Source: a bacterium (GTDB taxonomy: Bacteria; Patescibacteriota; Saccharimonadia; Saccharimonadales; SZUA-47). Taken from it: a DNA stretch of 64,000 nt. The DNA lies in contig JAUIBF010000001.1 in the NCBI GenBank assembly GCA_030428125.1, positions 490,383 through 554,382 of the forward strand. Reading direction: 5' to 3'. The position numbers and the translations under genes were made by a program. This document shows positions 10,300 through 20,116 of the stretch, one piece after another; position 1 is the first letter of the stretch; each line of letters opens with the position of its first letter. Below the pieces are notes generated by a model. That model saw only the letters and a program-made list of their open reading frames with translations. It made no database searches and had not been told where the DNA came from.

Positions 10300-11286
10300 A
10301 TGGCGCGCAAAATAAAAATCTATCGTTACGATGAATCTATAGCTAAAAAATCAAGTTTTAGAAAGTATGTTTTCGTAATTTCTGCAGTGCTCTTTATGGG
10401 TATTGTGTACCTAGCAATTTCTTCAGACGCAGAACAGTCCAGTCAGTTTTCGGACAGCCCAGGGACCGAAACCAGTGAAGCAATAAATACGCCTCACGTA
10501 CTAGATGATATGATTCTGCCGGATGGCGTCGAATCAGCAGTCGGGACCATAAGTGACGGCGTTGTTACCTCTAAAGAATCCGGCAGTCAAATACCGATGG
10601 CAAGCATCACAAAAATTGTAACTTCACTGGTTGTGCTTGAGAAAGCACCTATTGAGCCCGGTGCACATGGCGACACTATTGAACTTCAAGCAAAAGACGA
10701 AGATTACTACTGGAAGTACGCCGCTATTCAAGGCACAATTACACCAGTTACTGCCGGATACACTATGACCCAGTACGAGGTTTTACAGACTTTACTGCTA
10801 CCTTCGTCTAACAATATGTCCGACACGCTAGTAGATTACTACTTTGAGTCAATGGATGAATTCCTAGATGTTGCAAACAAGTACTTAAACGAAAATGGGA
10901 TTACAAATACTAGAATCGTCGACGCAACAGGATTCTCGCCGGAAAGCGTTTCTACCCCCTCAGACTTAATTAAACTTGGACAACTTGCACTAAACAACCC
11001 GATTGTCGCAGAAATAGTAGCCCAACCTAAAGCGACTGTTGCAGTTGCAGGAGAAATACAAAACTATAATATCTTAATTGAAGAACCTGGCATCACCGGT
11101 ATTAAGCCAGGCTTCACCGATGAGGCTGGTATATGTTTGCTATTCTCGTCAAAAATACCTACAGCGAGTGGAGGAGAGGTAGATTTAATAGCTGTGGTAA
11201 TGGGAGGCAAAGATCGTGGTGAGTTTTACAAGAACACCCAATTAATCCTGGACCAGGCTAAAAAACTCTACGCCAACCAACCCTAG
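10300..11286 (+). CDS. Serine D-Ala-D-Ala carboxypeptidase (peptidase S11)
   Basis: SITK (SxxK), SSN (SxN) and KPG (KTG-like) motifs; N-terminal TM. Confidence 0.9.
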   Translation: MARKIKIYRYDESIAKKSSFRKYVFVISAVLFMGIVYLAISSDAEQSSQFSDSPGTETSEAINTPHVLDDMILPDGVESAVGTISDGVVTSKESGSQIPMASITKIVTSLVVLEKAPIEPGAHGDTIELQAKDEDYYWKYAAIQGTITPVTAGYTMTQYEVLQTLLLPSSNNMSDTLVDYYFESMDEFLDVANKYLNENGITNTRIVDATGFSPESVSTPSDLIKLGQLALNNPIVAEIVAQPKATVAVAGEIQNYNILIEEPGITGIKPGFTDEAGICLLFSSKIPTASGGEVDLIAVVMGGKDRGEFYKNTQLILDQAKKLYANQP

Positions 11287-11287
11287 A

Positions 11288-12937
11288 CTAGTCCATTAAT
11301 CCAAAATGAACGCTTTTTTGACCACTAAAAATCATTATCAGTTGTCTTTCTGTACCGTATCTTCTAAACACATCATTAATTTCACGGATTGCTCTCCTAA
11401 CTGCTGAACTGTTGATTTCTTTTAAGTCTCCAAATCTTGGGTCCTTTAATTTTTCAAGCATAGTTTCGAGATTCATTCTCGTCCCAGGTTCTTCTTCTGC
11501 GGCGACGTATAGTAAAGCTGCGGCTTGATCTGAAAGCCCATACTGTGCATTACCTTTGATACTTACTGTTGGCGCTTCTTCCTCATAAGTCTTAAATGAT
11601 AAACCCCATTCTTCATGTCTCTCAAAACTAGTAGGTTCAACTGTAGCTTCTGGCACTGCTGCCTCAGCATCTTTAGTAACTTTTGGCCTGTCAGGTACGA
11701 TAACTTTAGGCTTAGCGACAACAGCACGTCTTTCAATAGGTGGTGTATCGGGTTCTTCGGTTGCTTCTCGACCTCTTAACTGCGCAAGTCTGGTCGATAA
11801 ATCTCCTAGTCTACCAACGAGCTCATTTGCTCGTCCTTGTGCTTCTTGTAATAACTCCGCCATCACTGGAGTTACTTCTTCGTCTCTAGATAAAGAAGCG
11901 TCAACTCTTTCTATAACATTTTCTATGGTTGTTGCTGCGGTTGCCAATACTGCGCCACCTTTATATCTTGGATCGTGCCGTCTTCTTAGTGCTTTTTTCG
12001 TAGTCTCTCCATATGCCGGCTCCCACGTATCCCAGTTGATATCAGAGATAAAGGCAGCAGCAGCCTCAACTGTTTCATAACCACCTACGCTTTTACACAG
12101 AGCTTTAACCTTTGGTCCAGTTAAGTTCCGTTGCATCGCAGCAGACATAACCAGGTTTTGCATAGGGAAATTATCTGGTAACTCTTCTGAAAATATTTTA
12201 ATTATTGCTTGAGTAGGTGCATCTAGAGTTTTTCCGTCTTTTTTCTCTCGTGTTGAGTGAACGAGAGCAGGGTCGACATGTTCTGCTATTTTCAAATGAC
12301 TATGGATTGTCATAGCCTTCATTTGCCACTGTTGCTCTTTACGTTCTGCCCAAGCTTTTGCTTCTGCAACTACATCTGCATCAAGTCCTAATTTTGAGCC
12401 ATCAGTCTTAAATCTATATAACAATACAGCTTGTTCAACGGACAATTGCTCAGACATTTCTGTAAGTGCCCAAACTTCACGTATCCACGAAACAACTCTA
12501 GAGAACCTTACGTGAGCATGGTCTTTGGCGGTAAATATTCTTAAATCAAATAACTCATCCCAGTCAGTCTGCTTTATAGTTGCATAAATACGCTCTTCGC
12601 CATTTCGTTTTAAGCTAGCGTCTCTGTGAAACCCGTCAATAATCTTTAAAGTTTCTTCGCCTTCGATTTCACCAAGAATAATGGGTGTCAACTGCCCACT
12701 ACCACCATCGCGCTCGTTAATGGCGCGCATATCTGCGGCTAGCGAATCAACCCATTCTTCTTTTACCGGAACTTCTTCGTGGTCGATAAGTTCAGTTGGA
12801 ACCCAACAATCTACTAGACCACCTTCGCGGATGCCGATAACTTCAACTTGAGATAATAGTCCAAAATGTGCGTGCTGTGGCGGGGCGTGTCGTTCTGGAG
12901 CGGTATCTAATTCGGAAGTCCATGGCTCAGCACTCAT
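11288..12937 (-). CDS. ParB/Srx N-terminal domain protein with a possible C-terminal winged helix
   Basis: GQLTPIIL...IIDGFHR motif; C-terminal LSDQAAALL...AVRRAIREI resembles OmpR/ToxR-type wHTH. Confidence 0.65.
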   Translation of the reverse strand: MSAEPWTSELDTAPERHAPPQHAHFGLLSQVEVIGIREGGLVDCWVPTELIDHEEVPVKEEWVDSLAADMRAINERDGGSGQLTPIILGEIEGEETLKIIDGFHRDASLKRNGEERIYATIKQTDWDELFDLRIFTAKDHAHVRFSRVVSWIREVWALTEMSEQLSVEQAVLLYRFKTDGSKLGLDADVVAEAKAWAERKEQQWQMKAMTIHSHLKIAEHVDPALVHSTREKKDGKTLDAPTQAIIKIFSEELPDNFPMQNLVMSAAMQRNLTGPKVKALCKSVGGYETVEAAAAFISDINWDTWEPAYGETTKKALRRRHDPRYKGGAVLATAATTIENVIERVDASLSRDEEVTPVMAELLQEAQGRANELVGRLGDLSTRLAQLRGREATEEPDTPPIERRAVVAKPKVIVPDRPKVTKDAEAAVPEATVEPTSFERHEEWGLSFKTYEEEAPTVSIKGNAQYGLSDQAAALLYVAAEEEPGTRMNLETMLEKLKDPRFGDLKEINSSAVRRAIREINDVFRRYGTERQLIMIFSGQKSVHFGLMD

Positions 12938-13019
12938 GTATCTGAGATTAAAGCATAACGTGTAAATTACAAAATTATTTTCTAATTTAGCTGAATTTTC
13001 CTAAGTAAGGACAACGATT

Positions 13020-13832
13020 TTAGTTAACGTTTTTCTTACGGTATACATAAGCAGCGATTGGAATTGACAGCACAATCGCTCCAACACACCATGCGACTGA
13101 AGTCCATAAGTAATTTTCAACAGGGAAGCCTAAGAACAATGCGCGCACTGCTTCAATGACTTGTGTTATTGGCTGATTTTCAGCAAAGACTTTCAGTGCC
13201 CATGGCATACCTTCTGTTGGTACGAACGCCGAACTCGCGAATGTTAGAGGAAAGATTATTATGAAGGTTAACCACTGCACAGCCTCAACGCTTTTAGCAA
13301 TGATTCCCATAATCGCCATCAACCACGAAAAGGCGAGAGTGAATAGCAATAATATTCCTGCGATAACCAACCACTCAACAAAATTTGCTTGAGGCCTAAA
13401 CCCAATAATAATTCCGACAATTATCATGACAGCTGTTGAGAAACCATTTCTAAATACATCAGATATCACGTGTCCGTTTAGTACTGCTAAATTATTCATT
13501 GGCAGGGAACGAAATCTGTCTACGATACCTTTCTGCAGATCGTTACAAATCGCAATCGCTGTTGTGGTAGAACCGAATGCTACAGTCTGAACAATAATTC
13601 CAGCCATCAAGAAACTTAAATAACTGACTCCCTCCGGAAGGCCCAGTTCGATAGCCCCTCCGAAAACGGCAACGAACAGAACCAAAAACATTATAGGCTG
13701 GAAGAATGTTCCAAGTAACTGGTCAATGTTCCGTAATATATGCCGGCTACTACGTTTAATCATTATTAAGCTATCACGAAAAGCCAAAGATGCTTTAGAA
13801 GCCTCAACGAATTCAAGTTTTGTCTTCATCAA
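13020..13832 (-). CDS. ABC-2 permease, DrrB-like
   Basis: GIVDRFRSLP and FASSAFVP motifs; coupled to the ATPase gene. Confidence 0.9.
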   Translation of the reverse strand: MMKTKLEFVEASKASLAFRDSLIMIKRSSRHILRNIDQLLGTFFQPIMFLVLFVAVFGGAIELGLPEGVSYLSFLMAGIIVQTVAFGSTTTAIAICNDLQKGIVDRFRSLPMNNLAVLNGHVISDVFRNGFSTAVMIIVGIIIGFRPQANFVEWLVIAGILLLFTLAFSWLMAIMGIIAKSVEAVQWLTFIIIFPLTFASSAFVPTEGMPWALKVFAENQPITQVIEAVRALFLGFPVENYLWTSVAWCVGAIVLSIPIAAYVYRKKNVN

Positions 13833-14764
13833 TCTTCCTTTCCTTTACCCGTAACACTCAAGAACACGTCATCTAGTGTCGGTTTGTGTATGCCCATGCT
13901 ATCAATCTTGATTTTATCTTTTGCTAACTTATCTAAAATTCCACGTACGTCTTTGTTGGTGTCTTTTATCGGCAGAGACAATTTCAGTTCTTTTTCATCG
14001 ACCTCTAGGCCTTTAGCTTTGATAACTGAGGTTGCGTTATTTAAAACTTTTATGGTGTTGAACGTCAACTCTAATCTGTCACTGCCAATCTTACTTTTAA
14101 GTTGATTAGCACTTCCTTCTGCAATAACTTTACCGTTATCGATAACTATGATGTTATCTGCAAGCTGATCAGCTTCTTCTAGATATTGTGTCGTGAGCAA
14201 TATGGTTGTTCCGTCTTTAACGAGTTGCTCAATAATTCGCCACATTGCCAAACGAGAACGTGGATCTAGCCCAGTCGTAGGTTCGTCCAAAAAAATTAAT
14301 GGTGGCGCAGCAATTAAGCTAACGGCCAAATCTAGACGCCTTCGCATGCCTCCAGAATAGGTTTTAGCTGGTCTGTCGGCCGCATCAACCAAATCAAAAT
14401 CTTCTAACAATTCTTGTGCTCTCTCTTTAGCGCTATTGTGTGTCAGACGATACAAACGACCCATCATTATCAAGTTTTCTCGGCCTGTTAACAGTTCATC
14501 TACAGCAGCGGCCTGACCTGTGAGCCCAATCATACTCCGAACTTTATCAGCATCCTTTTTAACGTCATTCCCACCAACTTGCACAGAGCCCTTGTCGTAA
14601 CTTAGCAGTGTACTTAGTATGCGAACTGTGGTTGTTTTACCAGCGCCATTTGGCCCAAGCAACGCCAGAATTGTACCTTTTTTGACAGAAAAGTTAACAC
14701 CCTTAAGAACTTCTACTTTTCCATAACTTTTATGTAAATTATTAACCGTAATCGTGTCAGCCAA
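13829..14764 (-). CDS. ABC transporter ATPase, DrrA-like
   Basis: GPNGAGKTT Walker A, YSGGMRRR signature, FLDEPTTGLD. Confidence 0.95.
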   Translation of the reverse strand: MADTITVNNLHKSYGKVEVLKGVNFSVKKGTILALLGPNGAGKTTTVRILSTLLSYDKGSVQVGGNDVKKDADKVRSMIGLTGQAAAVDELLTGRENLIMMGRLYRLTHNSAKERAQELLEDFDLVDAADRPAKTYSGGMRRRLDLAVSLIAAPPLIFLDEPTTGLDPRSRLAMWRIIEQLVKDGTTILLTTQYLEEADQLADNIIVIDNGKVIAEGSANQLKSKIGSDRLELTFNTIKVLNNATSVIKAKGLEVDEKELKLSLPIKDTNKDVRGILDKLAKDKIKIDSMGIHKPTLDDVFLSVTGKGKED

Positions 14765-15977
14765 TTTTCTTATCCCTGTTATTACTATAAATAGTATAAA
14801 GCACCACCTAAAAGTTTCCTATGTGATTTTACTTGTTGCTAATATATATCTAATGACAAAGAAAATTTTAATTCTAGCACTGATAATTGTTGCCGCGTTG
14901 GCGATTACAATTTTTTTGTTCCGCGACAAAATTTATAAGCAATATTTCAAACCAACAGACACTACCATTCCTCAGGGTCTAGTCAACGAGGAAGTCGAAG
15001 AAGAATTGGTAATTCTAGCAGAAAATCTAGACGTGCCCTGGGACGTCATAGAGCTGCCTGGGGGTGACTTACTGGTTAGTGAACGAAGTGGTTCGATAGT
15101 GCGCATAAGTGATAATCAAACTTATTCAGTTGACGGAGTCATTGAAAGTGGCGAGGGAGGACTTTTAGGTATAACTTTGGATCCCGACTTCGAAAGAAAT
15201 AGCTACATATATATTTACAGCACTACCGAAACCGAAAACGGACTAACAAATAGGATTGAAAAATACACTTTTGACAATAATTCTCTCGTCAACCAAATGA
15301 CACTACTTGATGAAATCCCAGGTGCCAGCTATCACGACGGTGGGGCATTAGCTTTTGGACCAGATGGCTACCTTTACGCAACAACTGGCGATGCGGGCAT
15401 ACCTGATTCAGCTCAAGACATTGATTCACTTTCGGGTAAAATTTTGCGAATGGATTCTGAAGGCAATCAGATACCTGACAATCCGTTCAATAATTATGTG
15501 TATAGTTATGGTCATCGAAATCCTCAAGGAATTGCCTGGGATAACGAGGGCAGGCTCTGGTCTACTGAACACGGCCCATCAGGGTTAGAATCTGGATATG
15601 ACGAAATTAATCTAATTCAAGCTGGCGGTAATTATGGCTGGCCGGAAATTAAGGGCGATGAAGCTCAAGACGGAATGATTCGACCAGTTGCTCATTCTGG
15701 AGCAGATGACACTTGGGCTCCGGCTAGCTTGACCTTTGTAGATGGTTCTCTATTTTTTGGTGGCTTGCGTGGCCAAACTCTGTACCAAGCAAAAATAGCA
15801 AGCAGTGGCAAGCTTGACCTTGTTGGTCACTTCAGAGAAGAGTTTGGCAGGCTCAGAAACGTAACTGCGATTGATTCTAGACTTTTATTTACAACTTCAA
15901 ACACCGATGGCCGTGGTGATGAAAACCCGAACGATGACAAACTCTATAGTGTCAGTTTGACTCAATTCAATCGATAA
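14754..15977 (+). CDS. PQQ-dependent sugar dehydrogenase (GSDH/YliI family); true start probably 14853 (MTKKILI)
   Basis: GEGGLLGI, HDGGALAFGPDG, YGHRNPQG and GGNYGWP motifs. Confidence 0.9.
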   Translation: MSANFLIPVITINSIKHHLKVSYVILLVANIYLMTKKILILALIIVAALAITIFLFRDKIYKQYFKPTDTTIPQGLVNEEVEEELVILAENLDVPWDVIELPGGDLLVSERSGSIVRISDNQTYSVDGVIESGEGGLLGITLDPDFERNSYIYIYSTTETENGLTNRIEKYTFDNNSLVNQMTLLDEIPGASYHDGGALAFGPDGYLYATTGDAGIPDSAQDIDSLSGKILRMDSEGNQIPDNPFNNYVYSYGHRNPQGIAWDNEGRLWSTEHGPSGLESGYDEINLIQAGGNYGWPEIKGDEAQDGMIRPVAHSGADDTWAPASLTFVDGSLFFGGLRGQTLYQAKIASSGKLDLVGHFREEFGRLRNVTAIDSRLLFTTSNTDGRGDENPNDDKLYSVSLTQFNR

Positions 15978-16025
15978 TCTTTTCTTGGCTGAGTCGGAGG
16001 GATGGATAACAGAACTACTAGTAAG

Positions 16026-16100
16026 TGGCTGGGATGGAGGGATTCGAACCCCCGAATGCCAGGACCAAAACCTGGTGCCTTACCACTTGGCCACATCCCA
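16026..16100 (-). tRNA. tRNA-Gln (anticodon TTG)
   Basis: Reverse strand TGGGATGTGGCCAAGTGGTAAGGCACCAGGTTTTGGTCCTGGCATTCGGGGGTTCGAATCCCTCCATCCCAGCCA folds as a cloverleaf with encoded CCA. Confidence 0.97.
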
Positions 16101-16221
16101 ATGTAGCCACTTATTAATATTCCTTATTGTTAACGTTTGGATGGCTGAGTATACTCGGCGAAACGAGTCACCAAACGCCTCAAGATTATACCGAAAACAG
16201 AGATAAAAAGCTAGTGTGGTA

Positions 16222-16250
16222 TTGACTTTTTATTCCGTTTATGCTATTAT
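16222..16250 (+). promoter_or_regulatory. Sigma70-type promoter TTGACT-N17-TATTAT, 6 nt before the ATG at 16257
   Basis: Read directly from sequence. Confidence 0.65.
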
Positions 16251-16256
16251 CAAGTA

Positions 16257-16715
16257 ATGAGTCAGGACACTTCTCTAGAATTAAATGGCTTGGGGTTTAA
16301 AGACGTTGTTGACTGCGACACATGCACATCTGCCTGTTGCAGATCTGGGGTAAAAATACCCCTAAAAACTGCAGAGAAAAAACAGCTAGAGGAGCGAGGA
16401 ACTACATTTGGCGAGGTAGAGCAGCCACATTTCGGTACACGTACGCGCAAGTTTAGCAGAGCAATTACTGCCGTTGCTGTACACATCAGACCGAAACAAG
16501 AAGAACCTATTTACTACGAGATGCTAAGCGACTGCGGGAACTTAACGGTAGATGCTGAAGGGCAGAGCATGTGCAGCGACTACGATAACAGACCCGACAT
16601 CTGTCTATCTTTTCAGGCTGGCAATTTTGCTTGTCGCTCCTTGAGAGTCAAAGCAGGAGTGGACACTCCACGTGAACTTGAAATCTGGAAAGATTTCAAA
16701 AAAATTGACTGCTAG
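16257..16715 (+). CDS. YkgJ/CxxCxxCC family cysteine-cluster protein
   Basis: CDTCTSACC ... C...CSDYDNRPDIC motif. Confidence 0.8.
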   Translation: MSQDTSLELNGLGFKDVVDCDTCTSACCRSGVKIPLKTAEKKQLEERGTTFGEVEQPHFGTRTRKFSRAITAVAVHIRPKQEEPIYYEMLSDCGNLTVDAEGQSMCSDYDNRPDICLSFQAGNFACRSLRVKAGVDTPRELEIWKDFKKIDC

Positions 16716-17188
16716 TTTGTTGACGCGTCAGGCGTTTGTTGCGTAGTGGTGTCACTTGAATCATCTTCTGCGTCTTCTAACTGTTCACGCAGATCTGTGT
16801 TTTCTTGCTCTAGACGGGCATTCTCTTGCTGAAGTTCGCTAATTTCGTTATCTTTTTCCTCCAGCATAGAGTCACTAGCACCATCTCTAGCTTCTTGCAA
16901 TTGACGATTCAGATCATCCACCTGACTCTGCAATGCTTCGTCGCCAGAGTTGCTTGAACCATCATTATTTCCAAAGATATAACCAATACCTCCGCCTATC
17001 AGGAGCGCCAACACAACCAACACTACCCATACTGCTTTACCACCACCAGAGCTAGCTTGAGCTTGACTGTTTTTTTCAGGCATTTGCTCCTGCACTGGCT
17101 CGTTAGGTGTACTGGTCATTTCTGTTGACCTGGTTTCTTCTAAGCCCATGTCTGTTTCTGTGTTTGGAGTTTTTGATTCATCTTCCAT
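16712..17188 (-). CDS. Single-TM coiled-coil protein
   Basis: One TM followed by a heptad-rich acidic segment. Confidence 0.7.
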   Translation of the reverse strand: MEDESKTPNTETDMGLEETRSTEMTSTPNEPVQEQMPEKNSQAQASSGGGKAVWVVLVVLALLIGGGIGYIFGNNDGSSNSGDEALQSQVDDLNRQLQEARDGASDSMLEEKDNEISELQQENARLEQENTDLREQLEDAEDDSSDTTTQQTPDASTN

Positions 17189-17252
17189 AACTCACATCCC
17201 TCTAATTATTTGTAACTAAAGTATAACGCTAATGTAAAATGTATGTAAACAC

Positions 17253-18254
17253 ATGAAAAAACACACCAAGTATTCACATTACCGTCCGATGGTGTTTGCT
17301 GGATTTGTATCAGGATTGCTCGTAACAGCTACAGCAGGCGCTCTTTTATGGTTTATCGCTCCGTCTAAAACTGCTGACTTTTCTGCTGAACCTGAGTCTG
17401 AGTCACTAATCAAGCTTGAAGAAACTGCAGCGGCAGAAAATATCGAAGAAAAACCGATTGAATTATTCTTTGGTGGCACAGAACTATCGGACGATTTTAG
17501 GTTCTTGGCGCTATATGGGAACCCTGAATATAAATCTTTAGGTGCACTGGGTGAACAACCCTTAAACGATACTTACGATCGCGTAAAAGCTCTCGCTAAA
17601 CAATACCAGGCCTTAACCGATAGTAATGTAATTCCAACGCTAGAGCTGATAACCACCATAGCCTCTGCAGGCCCAACTGACGACGATGATTACTCACAAG
17701 AAATTGAAGCCGACAAGATACTATCCTGGGCTAAAGATGCCGAAAAGAATGATGTTTATCTAGTACTTGATTTGCAACCCGGTAGGGCAACCTTTCTAGA
17801 GCAAGCCAAGGCTTACGAGGAAGTTTTGAGGCTTCCAAACGTTGGTCTGGCACTTGACCCCGAATGGCGGCTACAAAAGAAGACTGACAGACACCTCGTA
17901 AAAGTAGGTAGTGTTAGCTCCAAAGAGATTAATCAAACCAGTGAATGGCTAGCTAATTTTACAAAAGATAATAAACTCCCCCAGAAGATGTTCATAGTTC
18001 ATCAGTTTAAAGATTCAATGATTACCGATCGTGAAAAGCTACGGACTGACAGGGAAGAGTTACTGTATGTTTTACATATGGATGGCCATGGTTCCATGGG
18101 GCAAAAAATTGAAACTTGGAATCGCTTAAAAAAAGATTTACCACAAAACATGCAAATGGCTTGGAAAAACTTCTATGACGAAGACAAGCCGACGCCTACT
18201 CCAAAACATACTATGCTACAAGACCCTCAGCCGGTGTTTGTAAGCTACCAGTAG
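17253..18254 (+). CDS. Membrane-anchored TIM-barrel-like protein of a family common in Actinobacteria
   Basis: LDLQPGR, GLALDPEW, HQF, DGHG and KNFYDED motifs. Confidence 0.7.
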   Translation: MKKHTKYSHYRPMVFAGFVSGLLVTATAGALLWFIAPSKTADFSAEPESESLIKLEETAAAENIEEKPIELFFGGTELSDDFRFLALYGNPEYKSLGALGEQPLNDTYDRVKALAKQYQALTDSNVIPTLELITTIASAGPTDDDDYSQEIEADKILSWAKDAEKNDVYLVLDLQPGRATFLEQAKAYEEVLRLPNVGLALDPEWRLQKKTDRHLVKVGSVSSKEINQTSEWLANFTKDNKLPQKMFIVHQFKDSMITDREKLRTDREELLYVLHMDGHGSMGQKIETWNRLKKDLPQNMQMAWKNFYDEDKPTPTPKHTMLQDPQPVFVSYQ

Positions 18255-18924
18255 AAACTGCGCCACCCGGTAAGCGTGCGATTTGAACTTTTGCAAAATC
18301 AGGAACTTCGGCAGCTCTTGAACGTAACATGTTACGTCTTGTACCTAAATCAGTCACAACAGACCCAACTATCGTTGCGGGAATAACTTCTATGCCTGCT
18401 ACATCTTCAACCATCCCGGAATACTCAACAGCACCTTCTTCGAATCTTTCTAACCGTTCTTGAAATACACCTTCACCGAATGTTCTAACCCGGCTAACTA
18501 ACCTGTCATCATAAATGCTATTTATCTGCTGCGACATGTCGTTTAATAGCACCTCTAGCCTAGTCAGCGTATTCGATTCTTCGAGCCACCGAACTGCTGC
18601 CTCTTCCCGCATTAGTCTCGTATATTTATATAAATTATGCCATGCTGTTGGATGCACCGAGTTGTGACGGCAACGAGCCATCGTTATGATCGAATGACGG
18701 TCATTAACAAGCTCATTATAAGGATATCCTAATGCTAAATGTGCTAAGTGTTCAAAAAATATATGATGTCTTGTAGGTCCACAGTCTCTGGTTTCAAGAT
18801 AAGGACATTCTTCTCCCACACAGCCTCTTTTTCGTGGAGGCACAGGCGCCAAGGTAGGTTCGTAGTAAGGAGCTGGTTGACCCTCTCGAACAACTTCTAA
18901 ACTTTTTGTTTTCCAATCCGACAC
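18211..18924 (-). CDS. Hypothetical protein with an HNH-like His/Cys cluster
   Basis: C..C...C.PTRHHIFF ... RCRHNSVH. Confidence 0.55.
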   Translation of the reverse strand: MSDWKTKSLEVVREGQPAPYYEPTLAPVPPRKRGCVGEECPYLETRDCGPTRHHIFFEHLAHLALGYPYNELVNDRHSIITMARCRHNSVHPTAWHNLYKYTRLMREEAAVRWLEESNTLTRLEVLLNDMSQQINSIYDDRLVSRVRTFGEGVFQERLERFEEGAVEYSGMVEDVAGIEVIPATIVGSVVTDLGTRRNMLRSRAAEVPDFAKVQIARLPGGAVSTGSLQTPAEGLVA

Positions 18925-18967
18925 TTTTGAGTGTAAAACACAAGCTTGTTACGTAAAGTGATTTATC

Positions 18968-20044
18968 TCACAAAACTAACATTGCATCGCCGAAACTATA
19001 GAATCTATACTTATTTGCGATTGCATGGTCGTAAATTTTCTGCATTTCAGACTCACTTCCAACCAATGCCTCCACCATCAAAAGCAGAGAAGTGCCCGGC
19101 AAATGGAAGTTAGTAATCAATGAATCAACTTTTTTGAACTCATATCCTGGCTGAATAAAGATATCTGTATCCCCAGACACCTCACTGTACAAGGTCGGTC
19201 CCGAAGAAATCCGGTGTATTTCTGAGTTCTCTATGCTCGGCTGAGCGAGATGCTTTAGCTCTCGAGCGAGCATTAAAGCTGGTACATTACTTCTGTTAGC
19301 AAAGGTCTCAAGCGTACGCGCACTAGTAGTCCCTACGGCTGTGATATGACCAGCTTCAGCAATTATTTGGTGATTTTCTGCATCTACCACGAACCACTCA
19401 CTATGCAGTTTGCCGGTTTTGTAATTATCGTCTGTCAGGTTAGCAAATGTTCCGAGCCCCACGTGCAGAGTTACTTCTGCGTATCCAAAATCACTTTTAA
19501 GTTTTCCTAGCAAATTATCAGTGAAGTGCAGCCCTGCAGTAGGTGCTGCCTTAGAACCTAGGGGTTTAGCATAAATCGTTTGGTAATCTTCTGCCAACTC
19601 ATCGTTTTGCATTATGTAAGGAGGCAAGGGAACATGTTCGATTTCTTTTAGTCTTTCATCCTCGTGAGTAATATTCAGTTTTAGTGTACGTATTCCATCT
19701 TCATCAATATTTGTGACTTCAGCAGACAAGAACTCATTAACCTCAACATTAACTCCAAGTTTAAACTTCTTACCCGGACGCACTAACGCTCTAATGGTAT
19801 GAGTATCCAACTTTTCTAATACGAATATCTCGGTTTTACCTTCGTCAAAAAGCCACCTACAATGTTCCACCTTAGAATTATTAACAACTAAGGTAGTATC
19901 TTTTTGCAAATAGGTTGCAATTTCAGAAAACACCGTATCTGTTATTTGACCACTTTTACGGTCATACACCAACAACTTCGCTGAATCTCTAGGATTTGAT
20001 GGCTCTTGTGCTATCAATTCCTCTGGTAGTTCAAAATCTATCAT
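18968..20044 (-). CDS. queA: S-adenosylmethionine:tRNA ribosyltransferase-isomerase
   Basis: LPEELIAQEP, PLPPYI, AAPTAGLHF, TNFHLP and YRFYSFGDAM motifs. Confidence 0.97.
   Translation of the reverse strand: MIDFELPEELIAQEPSNPRDSAKLLVYDRKSGQITDTVFSEIATYLQKDTTLVVNNSKVEHCRWLFDEGKTEIFVLEKLDTHTIRALVRPGKKFKLGVNVEVNEFLSAEVTNIDEDGIRTLKLNITHEDERLKEIEHVPLPPYIMQNDELAEDYQTIYAKPLGSKAAPTAGLHFTDNLLGKLKSDFGYAEVTLHVGLGTFANLTDDNYKTGKLHSEWFVVDAENHQIIAEAGHITAVGTTSARTLETFANRSNVPALMLARELKHLAQPSIENSEIHRISSGPTLYSEVSGDTDIFIQPGYEFKKVDSLITNFHLPGTSLLLMVEALVGSESEMQKIYDHAIANKYRFYSFGDAMLVL
19185..19286. repeat. Structured palindromic element apparently inserted in frame in queA
   Basis: Starts CTGTACAAGGTCGGTCC (compare CTGTACAAGGACGTTCC at 29863); internal inverted repeats AGAAAT/ATTTCT, ATGCTCG/CGAGCAT and GCTTTA/TAAAGC. 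Confidence 0.5.
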
Positions 20045-20116
20045 TCAATTGTTTATAACAGATTGTATAGCAAGTGTATAATTGACTTTTTTATATATTT
20101 ATGTCATTGTGTATTG

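Noticed and set aside
15985..16206. 73-aa ORF
   Set aside because: It is the antisense reading of tRNA-Gln
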